Notes: generated by a model not told the origin, from the letters alone. Positions 9,421 through 18,780 are shown, numbered from the stretch's first letter. The stretch is DNA of 64,000 bases from Bacteroidales bacterium (GCA_017428245.1 JAFRRF010000020.1:6421-70420); one strand, 5' to 3'. Translations and numbers: made by a program.

Positions 9421-10368
9421 TTACAGCATTTTCTTCTTGCGGAAGATCAGGAACACCGCCAGCACGATCAGGACCATGCCCGCCAGAATGGCCACCATGT
9501 CCCAGTTCCCTCCCAACAGCGGCAACTGGATGTTCATACCGTAGATGCTGGCAATCAGAGTAGGCGGCATCAGCAGCAGCGACACCATCGTGAAGATCTT
9601 CATGATCTTGTTCTGCTCCAGGTCAATCAGACCGAGAACGGTGTTCTGCAAGTATTCCAGACGCTCGAAACTGAAGTCAGTGTGATTGATAAGCGACGAG
9701 ATATCTTTCAGGAGGATGCCCAGCTTGCCGTTGATCACGTCGGGCGTCTTGTCGCTGCGCAGGATGCTCGAAATCATCCGCTGCTTGTCGACGATATTCT
9801 CGCGCACCAGCATCGTGTTCTCCTGCAGCTGGTTGATATCGAGGAGGAATTCCTCGTTTACGTCTTCACCCAGGCTCACACGCTTGCTGTACTGCCCGAT
9901 CTCCTTCGACATCAGCTCGATCATGTCGGCGTCCAGGTCAACCCGGTTTTCCAAGATGCCCACCAGCACGTGGAATCCCGTGGGATACAAACGTGAATTG
10001 AACAGGATACGACGCTGGATGTCGGTAAAACTGCGCAGAGGTACCTGGCGGATGGATGTAATGGTATGGCCGGTCAACACGAAGGAGACGCTCTCCATCG
10101 TGTAATTCTCTGCACTGGGAATCAAAAAGTTCGTGTTGGCAAAGATGGCGTCGAGCGTCTCGCTGTAGCGCGATGAACTCTCGATTTCCTCAGCCTGCGC
10201 CCGGCTCTGCAGGGTCGTGTGAAGGAACAGCTCCACCGCACGTTTCTCTTCCCCCGTCGGGCTGAAAAGGTCGAGCCAGAGCGCGTCTTCGCGAGAAATC
10301 TTCTTCAGGATTCCGATCGATTCGGAAACTTCCGCCTGTCCGTTAAGATTGTAAAAGATTTTGATCAT
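9421..10368 (-). CDS. corA: CorA family magnesium/cobalt transporter
   Basis: YGMN signature (ASIYGMNIQLP) before the last TM helix. I place the start at the internal ATG (MIKIFYNLNG, 10368), not the listed 10419, which abuts the mqnA stop. Confidence 0.8.
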   Translation of the reverse strand: MIKIFYNLNGQAEVSESIGILKKISREDALWLDLFSPTGEEKRAVELFLHTTLQSRAQAEEIESSSRYSETLDAIFANTNFLIPSAENYTMESVSFVLTGHTITSIRQVPLRSFTDIQRRILFNSRLYPTGFHVLVGILENRVDLDADMIELMSKEIGQYSKRVSLGEDVNEEFLLDINQLQENTMLVRENIVDKQRMISSILRSDKTPDVINGKLGILLKDISSLINHTDFSFERLEYLQNTVLGLIDLEQNKIMKIFTMVSLLLMPPTLIASIYGMNIQLPLLGGNWDMVAILAGMVLIVLAVFLIFRKKKML

Positions 10369-10419
10369 TTTCCTCGGGTTTAGTGTGTTATCACTCCGTG
10401 AAGCGGCAAGGGCCGGCAA

Positions 10420-11190
10420 TCACAGCACACATTCTCGAGGGGTCAGTTTCTCCAGGGCGACCCGCCAGAACTCGGTCAGGCCGGCGCGCTTCTCGCTGTC
10501 GAACGGGAAGGAGATATTATCCCGCAGATAAGTGCAGGCATAATCCCTGGGAAACTGATGATCATATTTTTCGACGGCCTCGGGAATATGGCGGATCCCA
10601 TATTCGAGGGCCTGGTTGAACGATTCGATGAAACGGGAATCCAGCGGCTTGTTCGCCGTCCATGCAGCGAAGACAAACGGCAGATGCTTGACGGAAATCC
10701 ACTCTTCCGCCATATCGTACACAAAGGTGAAATCCGCAGCGTGGAGCAGGGCCTTGTCGCCGATCAGCAGATAGCACTGCGACGGATCCAGCGGCTCACG
10801 GGTGAAATCGAAGGGTACGAAGCGCGGAGCAATGTGCCATTTCTCGCGGCAGAGCCAGCGCAGCAGCAGCACGGACGTGCGGCTGTCCACATCGAGCCGG
10901 ATCTCTTTCACCTCCCGGATCGGGCGTCCGGAACAGGCCAGCACGCTGGCCACCTTTCCGGTCGCTCCGATGCAGAAATCGGAAACGATATGGGGATCCT
11001 TCAGCGAAGGAATCACCGCCACGGGAGTGATGCCGACATCCGCCTTGTCTTCCAAAAGCATACGGGCGGATTCGGCTGGCGTACAGAACTGCATGGCGAT
11101 CGTTCCGGGGGCCATCCTGGCCTCCAGCCCGTAAATAAACGGGATCGTGTTCAGATAGTTGATCGCAGCAATTCTTACCATATCTTGCAA
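10420..11190 (-). CDS. mqnA: Menaquinone (futalosine pathway) MqnA-like chorismate dehydratase
   Basis: N-terminus VRIAAINYLNTIPFIYGLE and a length of about 255 aa are typical of the MqnA/MqnD periplasmic-binding-fold family. Confidence 0.65.
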   Translation of the reverse strand: MQDMVRIAAINYLNTIPFIYGLEARMAPGTIAMQFCTPAESARMLLEDKADVGITPVAVIPSLKDPHIVSDFCIGATGKVASVLACSGRPIREVKEIRLDVDSRTSVLLLRWLCREKWHIAPRFVPFDFTREPLDPSQCYLLIGDKALLHAADFTFVYDMAEEWISVKHLPFVFAAWTANKPLDSRFIESFNQALEYGIRHIPEAVEKYDHQFPRDYACTYLRDNISFPFDSEKRAGLTEFWRVALEKLTPRECVL

Positions 11191-11206
11191 AGTTACGAAT
11201 TATTTT

Positions 11207-12736
11207 TTATTCAGCGTGCTTACGCACCCGGAAAAGCCACATACCGATGAAGGTAAGCAGTCCGTTGACTATCAACAGCGTAAATCCCAGATCGAAACCG
11301 AGGTAGCGTTTGCTCAGCAGATTGAAGACCAGGCAGAGCACCGGCGCCGCCACGGCGATCCACGGCGTAGCCCCGTCGCGCACCCGGGTTTTGGTCAGGA
11401 TGCCGAAGAAGAACATGCCCAACAACGGGCCATAAGTGTAAGAAGCCAGTTTATAGACCAGGTTCACCACCGCATCGCTGCTGACGATGAAAAGCACCAC
11501 GATGATGATCAAGAACAGAAAGGCCACGCCCGCGTGGACCTTTTTGCGGACCGTCTCCTTGCGGGCTTCCGTCAAATCGCTGCGGCCGTTGAAGTTCAGG
11601 TAATCCACACAGAACGAAGTGGTCAGCGAGGTCATCGCGGCGCCCGCACTCGGGTAGGAAGCGGAAATCAGGCCGATCAGGAAGAAAATGCCCGCCCCCA
11701 CGCCGAAGTACTGGCTGGCGATGGTCGGGAACAGTTCGTCGGTCTTGGTGATGCCCAGCGCTTCAAAGCCGCCCAGACTCTGGGCATACACGCACAGCAA
11801 CGCCCCCATAAGCACGAAGAAGAAATTTACTACCACGATGATGACCGAAGTCGTATACATGTTTTTCTGCGCCGCCTTGATATCCTTGCAGGCCAGATTT
11901 TTCTGCATCATCGCCTGGTCGAGGCCCGTCATCGCAATGGTCACGAAGATACCCGATATGAATTGCTTGACCGCATTGGTGCCGTGGCTCCAGTCCCAGT
12001 CGAACCAGCTCGTGAAAGAATGTCCGTATCCCACCGTGCCGGCATTCTCGTTGATGGTTTCTCCCACAACGGAGAACATTTGGCCGAAACTCCAGCCCAT
12101 ATTTTTGCAGATGTAGTAGATGGTCAGCCCGACGGCCAGCAACATAAAGGTAGTCTGCAGCACGTCGGTCCAGATAATGGTCTTCACGCCGCCCTTATAC
12201 GTGTACAGATAGAGCAGGACCAGGAATACGGCCGTGATGATGGTGAACAGCAACACGGGGGACACCGAGGCCGAAAGGCTGCGGGGCATGAAGGCGAAGA
12301 ACACCACGATGACCACGAACACGCGGACGGCGGCGCCCAATACGCGGGACACCATAAACACGGTCGTGCCCGTCTTGTGGGATTTCGGTCCGAAACGCTC
12401 GCCCAGATACGTATAGATCGAGGTCAGGTTCATCTTGTAATAGAGCGGCAACAGCACCTTGGCGATGATGATATAGCCCCCTACAAACCCCAGCACAAGC
12501 GGCATATAAAAGAAGTTCTGCGCCCATACGTTGCCGGGAACCGAGATAAAGGTCACGCCGGAAATCGACGCGCCGATCATACCATAGGCCACTACGGGCC
12601 AGGGTGCTTTACGGTCGCCCGAGAAAAAGGAATTGGTGCCGGCCTTGCGCCCCGTCAGCCAGGAAATCAGGAACAGGAGCGCGGTATATGCCGCAAAAGC
12701 GGCCAGAAACCATACGAAAGGAAAATCGTGTCTCAT
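11207..12736 (-). CDS. Sodium:solute symporter (SSS) family transporter
   Basis: About 13 hydrophobic segments. GDRKAPWPVVAYGMIGASISGVTFISVPG is typical of the SSS N-terminal region. Confidence 0.8.
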   Translation of the reverse strand: MRHDFPFVWFLAAFAAYTALLFLISWLTGRKAGTNSFFSGDRKAPWPVVAYGMIGASISGVTFISVPGNVWAQNFFYMPLVLGFVGGYIIIAKVLLPLYYKMNLTSIYTYLGERFGPKSHKTGTTVFMVSRVLGAAVRVFVVIVVFFAFMPRSLSASVSPVLLFTIITAVFLVLLYLYTYKGGVKTIIWTDVLQTTFMLLAVGLTIYYICKNMGWSFGQMFSVVGETINENAGTVGYGHSFTSWFDWDWSHGTNAVKQFISGIFVTIAMTGLDQAMMQKNLACKDIKAAQKNMYTTSVIIVVVNFFFVLMGALLCVYAQSLGGFEALGITKTDELFPTIASQYFGVGAGIFFLIGLISASYPSAGAAMTSLTTSFCVDYLNFNGRSDLTEARKETVRKKVHAGVAFLFLIIIVVLFIVSSDAVVNLVYKLASYTYGPLLGMFFFGILTKTRVRDGATPWIAVAAPVLCLVFNLLSKRYLGFDLGFTLLIVNGLLTFIGMWLFRVRKHAE

Positions 12737-12742
12737 ATCGAG

Positions 12743-13357
12743 CTAGGGTTTGAAAAGTTGGCGGTTGGCGATCGAACGGCCCAAAGTCAGTTCGTCGGCA
12801 TATTCCAGGTCGTCTCCGAAGCCCACGCCGCGTGCGATGGCCGTGACCTTCACCGGGAAACGGGAAATCTGTTTGTACAGGAAGTAGGCTGTGGTCTCCC
12901 CTTCCATGCTGGTGCTGAGCGCCAATACCACTTCAGAGATCTCCCCTTTCTCAAGCCGTCCGCTCAATTCGCGGATGCGAAGGTCTCCAGGACCTACGCC
13001 GTCGATCGGAGAAATGATGCCGCCCAGGATGTGGTAGAGGCCGTTGTACTGTCCGGTGTTTTCGATGCTCAGCACGTCGCGCAGGCTTTCGACCACGCAT
13101 ACGACGCTCCGGTCGCGATGCGGGTCACCACAGACAGGGCAGGTATCGTCGTCGGAGATCATCCCGCAGTCAGGACAGGTACGGATGTCGCGCTTGAGGC
13201 GCGTCAGGGCGCCGGCAAACTGGTCCACGTTCTCGCGCGGCTGGCCCAACAGATGAAGGGCCAGTCGAAGGGCGGTACGACGGCCTACCCCGGGCAGCGA
13301 GGAGAGCTGGTCGACGGCCTCTTCCAGCAAGGCGGAGGAATAGTTGCGGCGGAACAT
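12743..13357 (-). CDS. recR: Recombination protein RecR
   Basis: Helix-hairpin-helix LPGVGRRTALRLA, zinc finger CPDCGMISDDDTCPVCGD, and a Toprim region VCVVESLRDVLSIE. Confidence 0.95.
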   Translation of the reverse strand: MFRRNYSSALLEEAVDQLSSLPGVGRRTALRLALHLLGQPRENVDQFAGALTRLKRDIRTCPDCGMISDDDTCPVCGDPHRDRSVVCVVESLRDVLSIENTGQYNGLYHILGGIISPIDGVGPGDLRIRELSGRLEKGEISEVVLALSTSMEGETTAYFLYKQISRFPVKVTAIARGVGFGDDLEYADELTLGRSIANRQLFKP

Positions 13358-13360
13358 CGC

Positions 13361-14173
13361 TTATTTTTTGGAGAGATAGGCATCGACGGCGCTGCGCACC
13401 GAACCGTAATGGAGCAGCATTGCCCGGGCCTCGCCGTAATCTTCGATGCCGGTCTCATCCATGATCATCTTCGTGCCGCGATCCACCAGTTTCTTGTTGG
13501 TAAGCTGCATATCCACCATCTTGTTGCCTTTGACGTGGCCCAGGCGGATCATCACGGAGGTGGAAATCATATTGAGGATGAGTTTCTGGGCGGTGCCCGA
13601 CTTCATGCGGGTGCTGCCGGTCACGAATTCGGGGCCGACCACGGCCACGATCGGAACTTCAGCGGCTGCGGCCACGGGGGCGTCGGGGTTGCAGGTGATG
13701 CAGCCCGTCAGCAGGCCGCGCTTGCGCGCCTCTTCGATGGCACCGATCACATAGGGCGTAGTGCCGGAGGCGGCGATGCCGACCACAGTGTCATCGGTCG
13801 TGGGCCCGAATGCTTCGATGTCTTTCCATCCCTGGGACTTGTTGTCCTCGGCGCCTTCGGCGGCGCGGCGGATGGCACTGTCGCCACCGGCCATCATACC
13901 GATGAACAGGTCGTAGGGAGCGCCGTAGGTCGGCGGGATTTCGGATGCGTCGAGGATTCCGAGCCGGCCACTGGTGCCGGCGCCCACATAGAACACCCGG
14001 CCGCCCCGCTTCACGCGCGGCACGATGCCGTCGACCAGTTTCTCAATCTGCGGGATACAGCCTGCCACCACTTCGGGCACGTGCCGGTCCTCGCGGTTCA
14101 TGCCTTCCAGCAATTCCCGCGTCGTCATCTTGTCGAGATTCGAGTAGTTCGAGCTCTGTTCAGTAACTTTCAT
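13361..14173 (-). CDS. murQ: N-acetylmuramic acid 6-phosphate etherase
   Basis: SIS-domain protein with the MurQ-like N-terminus (NLDKMTTRELLEGMNRED) and GAGTSGRLGILDASE. Confidence 0.9.
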   Translation of the reverse strand: MKVTEQSSNYSNLDKMTTRELLEGMNREDRHVPEVVAGCIPQIEKLVDGIVPRVKRGGRVFYVGAGTSGRLGILDASEIPPTYGAPYDLFIGMMAGGDSAIRRAAEGAEDNKSQGWKDIEAFGPTTDDTVVGIAASGTTPYVIGAIEEARKRGLLTGCITCNPDAPVAAAAEVPIVAVVGPEFVTGSTRMKSGTAQKLILNMISTSVMIRLGHVKGNKMVDMQLTNKKLVDRGTKMIMDETGIEDYGEARAMLLHYGSVRSAVDAYLSKK

Positions 14174-14213
14174 ATTTTCAGATGATTATATCAAATTATA
14201 AATAGCTTGTTCG

Positions 14214-14323
14214 CATACTTTCATCCAAAAACCTTCCGCTTCGCTTCATCCCTCCCAAGCAAGCTTGGGCCCCTCCCGTTCACATGGCCACGGGCGGCCA
14301 TGGGTTTTTTGGCTGAAAGTATG
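14214..14323 (+). repeat. Hairpin-rich intergenic element, possibly a partial relative of the 51.7/54.6-kb repeat
   Basis: A 10-bp perfect inverted repeat (catactttca 14214-14223 / tgaaagtatg 14314-14323) encloses two hairpins: cccaagc/gcttggg at 14254-14269 and catggcc/ggccatg at 14283-14302 followed by T6. It shares cttccgctt (14233-14241) and ccgttcaca (14276-14284), in the same order, with the reverse complement of copy R. Confidence 0.5.
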
Positions 14324-14331
14324 ACTCACCA

Positions 14332-15171
14332 CTATTTTTTATTCTTGTGATAATCGACCAGGCCGTCGATGGGGCCCTGCAGGACCGTACCCATCCTCAT
14401 GCCGGATGCATTGACCGCCTTTTCGAGGATATCCTTGTAATAGTAGGCGATGGAGCCCACGAAATTCACCGGATACTTCTTGTAATCATAGTGGATGATA
14501 TTGCGGCGCAGGAACTCCTCGAAGCTGCTCTTGAGCAGGTTGGCGATATGCGGATGGTTGCGGAACTCCGCGATGAAAGGAGAGAACGACGCAAGGAAAC
14601 GGCTCGGCATCGGTTCGCGGTACACTTTCTGGACAATGGCCATATAGTCAAGTCCATAGCGTTTCTTGAACGCATTCTCCACCGGCACCGGAAGCAGACC
14701 CTTGATGAAATCGGAGATCAGCCGTTTGCCCAAATAGGCGCCGCTGGCCTCGTCGCCGAGAATGAATCCGCCGGCGCGGACGTTCTCCGCAATCCCCTCC
14801 CCGTCATAGAAACAACTGTTCGAGCCGGTGCCCAGGATGCAGGCGATACCCGGCTTGTGGCCGCAAAGCGCACGAGCCGCAGCCAGCACATCCGACGCGG
14901 CTTCGCAGGTCGACCCCGGAAATACTTTTCCAAAGCAGCGCTCCAGTTTGGCAGATATCTCGCCGCCCACCATACCGGCCCCATAGAAGAAGATCGCGTC
15001 AACCTTCGTCCCGATCTCGGGCACCAGTTTTTCCGTCAGAATAGATTCGATTTCGGCATCTTCCATGAAAACCGGATTGATGCCCACGGTCTCGATCGCC
15101 CGGACCGAGCCGTCGTCCAGAATGGCCCGCCAGGAAACCTTGGTGGAGCCGCTGTCCGCTATCAGTTGCAT
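14332..15171 (-). CDS. BadF/BadG/BcrA/BcrD-type ATPase; GlcNAc/MurNAc kinase-like
   Basis: N-terminal phosphate-1 motif LIADSGSTKVSWR, and ILGTGSNSC, typical of the BadF-type sugar kinases. Sits upstream of murQ. Confidence 0.75.
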   Translation of the reverse strand: MQLIADSGSTKVSWRAILDDGSVRAIETVGINPVFMEDAEIESILTEKLVPEIGTKVDAIFFYGAGMVGGEISAKLERCFGKVFPGSTCEAASDVLAAARALCGHKPGIACILGTGSNSCFYDGEGIAENVRAGGFILGDEASGAYLGKRLISDFIKGLLPVPVENAFKKRYGLDYMAIVQKVYREPMPSRFLASFSPFIAEFRNHPHIANLLKSSFEEFLRRNIIHYDYKKYPVNFVGSIAYYYKDILEKAVNASGMRMGTVLQGPIDGLVDYHKNKK

Positions 15172-15197
15172 AAAATGTCAAATTATCGATTAACTTA

Positions 15198-15205
15198 CAA
15201 AGATA
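15198..15205 (-). promoter_or_regulatory. Candidate Bacteroidota -7 box (TATCTTTG) for the kinase-murQ unit
   Basis: The reverse complement of caaagata matches TAnnTTTG and lies 27 nt upstream of the ATG at 15171. Confidence 0.45.
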
Positions 15206-15224
15206 ATCAAATAATCCGACTTTG

Positions 15225-15887
15225 TCAATCCACATACACCCCGTTGCGGCGCCAGTTGCGGATGCCGAAAAGGGACATCACGATATAACAGACATACATT
15301 GCCGCCATCCAGTACATGCCGCTGTAGATGAAGACGCCGACAGTCAGCAGGTCGAGGCCGATCCAGATGTACCACTGGCACATATACGATTTGCTGAGGA
15401 AAAAGGTACCGACCATGCTGCCTACCGCGATGAAAGCATCCCAATAAGGCTGGCTCGGGAACAGGGCGGTGCCGTTGGCCTCCGCGTACACCCGGAGAAT
15501 GTGGGCCAGGGCGAAAAACGCCGGGACGGCGATGCCCAGGGTCCAGGCGCCCGTCCGCCAGTCGAAACGGCGGATGGCGACCTTCTGCCCCGTGGGATTC
15601 TTCTCCTCCCCGTACTCGGCGACCGCTTCCTCCTTGATTTCCTTGAACGCGTGGATGCCGTAGAAAGCCATCACGATATAATAGACCTGGATGACCGTCA
15701 TCGACAGGAAATTGTTGTGCCAGTAGACGAAGATGTTCAGGATGGATGTCAGGATGCATACGTACCAGAGCAGCCGCGTCTTGCGGATCTCCAGATACAC
15801 GTAATAGATCCCCACGACCATGGCGAGGATTTCCAGCCAACCCCAGATATCCAGGCCGGCAAAATAAGCCAACGCCTGTTCGGCCAT
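15225..15887 (-). CDS. pnuC: Nicotinamide riboside transporter PnuC family
   Basis: About 220 aa with 7-8 TM segments and a W-rich pattern (WGWLEILAMVVGIYYVYLEIR...WYVCIL) as in PnuC. Confidence 0.7.
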   Translation of the reverse strand: MAEQALAYFAGLDIWGWLEILAMVVGIYYVYLEIRKTRLLWYVCILTSILNIFVYWHNNFLSMTVIQVYYIVMAFYGIHAFKEIKEEAVAEYGEEKNPTGQKVAIRRFDWRTGAWTLGIAVPAFFALAHILRVYAEANGTALFPSQPYWDAFIAVGSMVGTFFLSKSYMCQWYIWIGLDLLTVGVFIYSGMYWMAAMYVCYIVMSLFGIRNWRRNGVYVD

Positions 15888-15890
15888 GGT

Positions 15891-16424
15891 CTAGGCTCCT
15901 TCCAGGTCGAGCACCGTTTTCACCGGAACGTCCTCTGGGAATTTCGCGACGCTGCCAAAATCTTTCAGGTAAATAATAAAACTGGCATACACCTGCTTCG
16001 GATGAAACGACTGCACAAGCTTTACGGCAGCGCCGGCTGTTCCGCCAGTTGCCAGCAAGTCGTCGTGGACAAGGACCACATCGTCTTCTGTAATGGCATC
16101 CGTATGCATTTCGATCGTGTCTGTCCCGTATTCCAGGGCATAGTCCATCCGGACCGTCTCGGCGGGCAGCTTGCCCGGCTTGCGGATCAGCACGAAACCC
16201 GCGCCCAGACGCGAAGCCAACGCCGCGCCCATCACGAATCCACGGCTCTCGATGCCGGCCACTTTCGTAATGCCCTTGTCCTTGTATTCCTCATAGAGGA
16301 TATCCTCGACCTCCTTGAAGGCTTTGGCGTCTTTGAACAACGTGGTGACATCCCAGAACAGGATGCCTTTCTTCGGGTAATCGGGCACAGTCCGCAGACT
16401 GGCGATCAGGCTTTCTTTACTCAT
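15891..16424 (-). CDS. apt: Adenine phosphoribosyltransferase
   Basis: DYPKKGILFWDVTTL and the PRPP-binding loop VVLVHDDLLATGGTA. Confidence 0.9.
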   Translation of the reverse strand: MSKESLIASLRTVPDYPKKGILFWDVTTLFKDAKAFKEVEDILYEEYKDKGITKVAGIESRGFVMGAALASRLGAGFVLIRKPGKLPAETVRMDYALEYGTDTIEMHTDAITEDDVVLVHDDLLATGGTAGAAVKLVQSFHPKQVYASFIIYLKDFGSVAKFPEDVPVKTVLDLEGA

Positions 16425-17198
16425 CTATTTCTTTTCGACTAAGGTGATACGATACATTTTCGGCCAGTATTTTCCGGTCAGCCAGATGCCTCCGCGCGCA
16501 TCGACGGCGATGCCGTTGAGCACGTCGGTGCGGGGCTTGCGGAGCGAGGCGGGCAGCAGGCCCCGGCAATTGATCACGCCGGTCACAACGCCCGACTGGG
16601 GATTGATGCGCACGATCTGGTCGGTCCCGTAGACGTTGGCCCAGATCTCGCCCTTGATGAATTCCAATTCATTGAGGTACGCCACCGGCTGCCCGCGAAG
16701 CGTGACGGTCAGGGAACGTTCCACGGCGAAGGAATCGGGATCCCGGTACGTGATCGTAGAACTTCCGTCACTCATTATCAAGCTCTTCCCATCGGTCGTC
16801 AGGCCCCAGCCCTCGCCCAGGTAGCGCAGGGTGCCGAGTTGCTTCCAGGTTGCGATATCATAGACAAAGCACTCCTTCTCCTGCCAGGTCAGCACATAGA
16901 GACGTCCGTTCAGCACACACGACCCCTCCACGAAATAACGTCCTTCGTAATTCATCCGCTGCAATACGCGCCCGGAAGCCAGGTCCACCTTGCGGAAACT
17001 CGATTCTCCGTACTGGCCCGCAGATTCGTACAGTACGCCCTCGTGGAAGAAAAGTCCCTGGGTATAGGCAGACACGTCGTGCGGATACGACTCCTCCACC
17101 TTGAAACCATAGGTCTTGACCTGCTGCGCAGAAGCACTGCACGCAGTCAGCGGCGACAGGCACAGGATTACGAAGAGAAGGAAGGAAAGTCGTTTCAT
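16425..17198 (-). CDS. Glutaminyl-peptide cyclotransferase (beta-propeller, plant/bacterial type)
   Basis: Signal peptide, then YPHDVSAYTQGLFFHEGVLYESAGQYGESSFRKVDLASG, typical of the glutamine cyclotransferase family. Confidence 0.8.
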   Translation of the reverse strand: MKRLSFLLFVILCLSPLTACSASAQQVKTYGFKVEESYPHDVSAYTQGLFFHEGVLYESAGQYGESSFRKVDLASGRVLQRMNYEGRYFVEGSCVLNGRLYVLTWQEKECFVYDIATWKQLGTLRYLGEGWGLTTDGKSLIMSDGSSTITYRDPDSFAVERSLTVTLRGQPVAYLNELEFIKGEIWANVYGTDQIVRINPQSGVVTGVINCRGLLPASLRKPRTDVLNGIAVDARGGIWLTGKYWPKMYRITLVEKK

Positions 17199-17213
17199 TT
17201 CTTTCGGACGGGA

Positions 17214-18704
17214 TTATTGGGAATATCTGCGGAAACTACCGCTCTGTTTCTTGACCGGCTCGCAGGTCAGCCCCACGCCGAGTTTCTTGAAAACCTTGCG
17301 GTCCACCTCCGTGAGCATCACGGTGCAGTGGACCTGGCAACCCTTGAGCTGCGGCAGGCAGTCGATCGCACGGCGGCAGTTTTCGTCGGACAGGCTCAGC
17401 ATCGAGATAGCCACCAGCACCTCGTCGGTATGGAGGCGCGGGTTATGGCCATGCAAGTACGACACCTTTGTCTTCTGGATCGGTTCGATCATTTCGGCGG
17501 GAATCAGCTTGACCGGATGCGGGATGCCGGCCAAATGCTTGAGTGCGTTCAAAAGCAGTGCCGCACTCGGGCCGAGGAGCGAACTCTGCTCCGCGGTAAT
17601 GACCGTACCGTCGGGGAGCTCCATGGCGGCGGCATATTCGTCGCTGCTCGCCTCGCGCTGCTTGGCAGCCACCGTCACGCGCCGGTACTCCGTCGCCAGA
17701 TTGGCCTGCTTGAGCAGGAGCGTAAGCTTGTTCACTTCTTTCTCGTTGTCCTCCCCTTCCGCCATATTGCACAAGCCCGTATAGTAGCGGCGGATCACTT
17801 CGTTGTTGGCGGCTTCCCGGCACACGTCGTCGTCGCTGATGCAGAAGCCGATCATATTGACGCCCATATCGGTGGGCGACTTGTACGGATTGCTGCCGTA
17901 GATCTGGGTGAACAGCGCATCGAGCACGGGGAAAATTTCGATGTCGCGGTTATAGTTGACGGCCACCTGGCCATAGGCCTCAAGGTGGAAAGGATCGATC
18001 ATGTTGACGTCGTCGAGGTCGGCCGTGGCGGATTCGTAGGCAATGTTTACGGGATGCTTGAGCGGCAGGTTCCACACGGGGAAGGTCTCGAACTTGGCAT
18101 AGCCGGCCTTCACGCCACGCTTTCTCTCGTTGTAAAGCTGGCTCAGGCACACGGCCATCTTGCCGCTGCCCGGGCCGGGCGCCGTAACCACCACGAGCGG
18201 CTGGGTTGTTTCCACATAGTCATTCTTGCCGAAGCCTTCGTCCGAAGCGATGAGGTTAACGTTGGTCGGATAACCTTCGATGATATAGTGGTAATAGGCT
18301 TTGATGCCCATCCGCTCCAGCCTTTCCCGGAAAGCCACGGCACTGGCCTGGCCGTTGAAATGAGTGATGACCACGGAATTGACTTTCAGGTCGCGGCTCT
18401 CGAACTCTTCGCGCAGGCGCAGCACGTCGACATCGTAGGTGATGCCCAGGTCGTTGCGGATCTTGTTTTTTTCTATGTCAATGGCCGATACCACGATGAT
18501 GATCTCCATCACGTCACGCAACTGCATCAGCATCTTTAGCTTGCTGTCAGGCTCGAAACCCGGCAGCACGCGGCTGGCATGGTAGTCGTCGAACAGTTTG
18601 CCGCCGAATTCCATGTAGAGTTTGTCCCCGAAATGAGAAATGCGTTCTTTGATGCGATCTGACTGGATCTTCAGATACTTGTCGTTGTCGAAGCCGATTT
18701 TCAT
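17214..18704 (-). CDS. DUF1846 (UPF0371) family protein
   Basis: N-terminus MKIGFDNDKYLKIQSDRIKERI...GGKLFDDYHASRVLPGFEPDSKL is characteristic of UPF0371. Confidence 0.8.
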   Translation of the reverse strand: MKIGFDNDKYLKIQSDRIKERISHFGDKLYMEFGGKLFDDYHASRVLPGFEPDSKLKMLMQLRDVMEIIIVVSAIDIEKNKIRNDLGITYDVDVLRLREEFESRDLKVNSVVITHFNGQASAVAFRERLERMGIKAYYHYIIEGYPTNVNLIASDEGFGKNDYVETTQPLVVVTAPGPGSGKMAVCLSQLYNERKRGVKAGYAKFETFPVWNLPLKHPVNIAYESATADLDDVNMIDPFHLEAYGQVAVNYNRDIEIFPVLDALFTQIYGSNPYKSPTDMGVNMIGFCISDDDVCREAANNEVIRRYYTGLCNMAEGEDNEKEVNKLTLLLKQANLATEYRRVTVAAKQREASSDEYAAAMELPDGTVITAEQSSLLGPSAALLLNALKHLAGIPHPVKLIPAEMIEPIQKTKVSYLHGHNPRLHTDEVLVAISMLSLSDENCRRAIDCLPQLKGCQVHCTVMLTEVDRKVFKKLGVGLTCEPVKKQSGSFRRYSQ

Positions 18705-18729
18705 AGTCCCGTAAAGTCTTTACGGGCTA

Positions 18730-18737
18730 CAAATATA
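18730..18737 (-). promoter_or_regulatory. Candidate -7 box (TATATTTG) for the DUF1846 gene
   Basis: The reverse complement of caaatata matches TAnnTTTG. It is back-to-back with the rnpB box. Confidence 0.4.
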
Positions 18738-18767
18738 GAAAAAAATCGCGACAAATCATTTTTCTTG

Positions 18768-18775
18768 TACCTTTG
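18768..18775 (+). promoter_or_regulatory. Candidate -7 box (TACCTTTG) for rnpB
   Basis: Matches TAnnTTTG and ends 5-6 nt before the inferred 5' end of the RNase P RNA P1 helix. Confidence 0.55.
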
Positions 18776-18780
18776 CAAGC

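Noticed and set aside
11159-14185. A 1008-aa plus-strand ORF spanning the SSS transporter, recR and murQ loci.
   Set aside because: Its composition is low-complexity (H/R/G/D/A-rich) with no recognisable motif. It is antisense to three genes that have clear family signatures. Long antisense ORFs like this are the expected artefact of high GC3 coding sequence.
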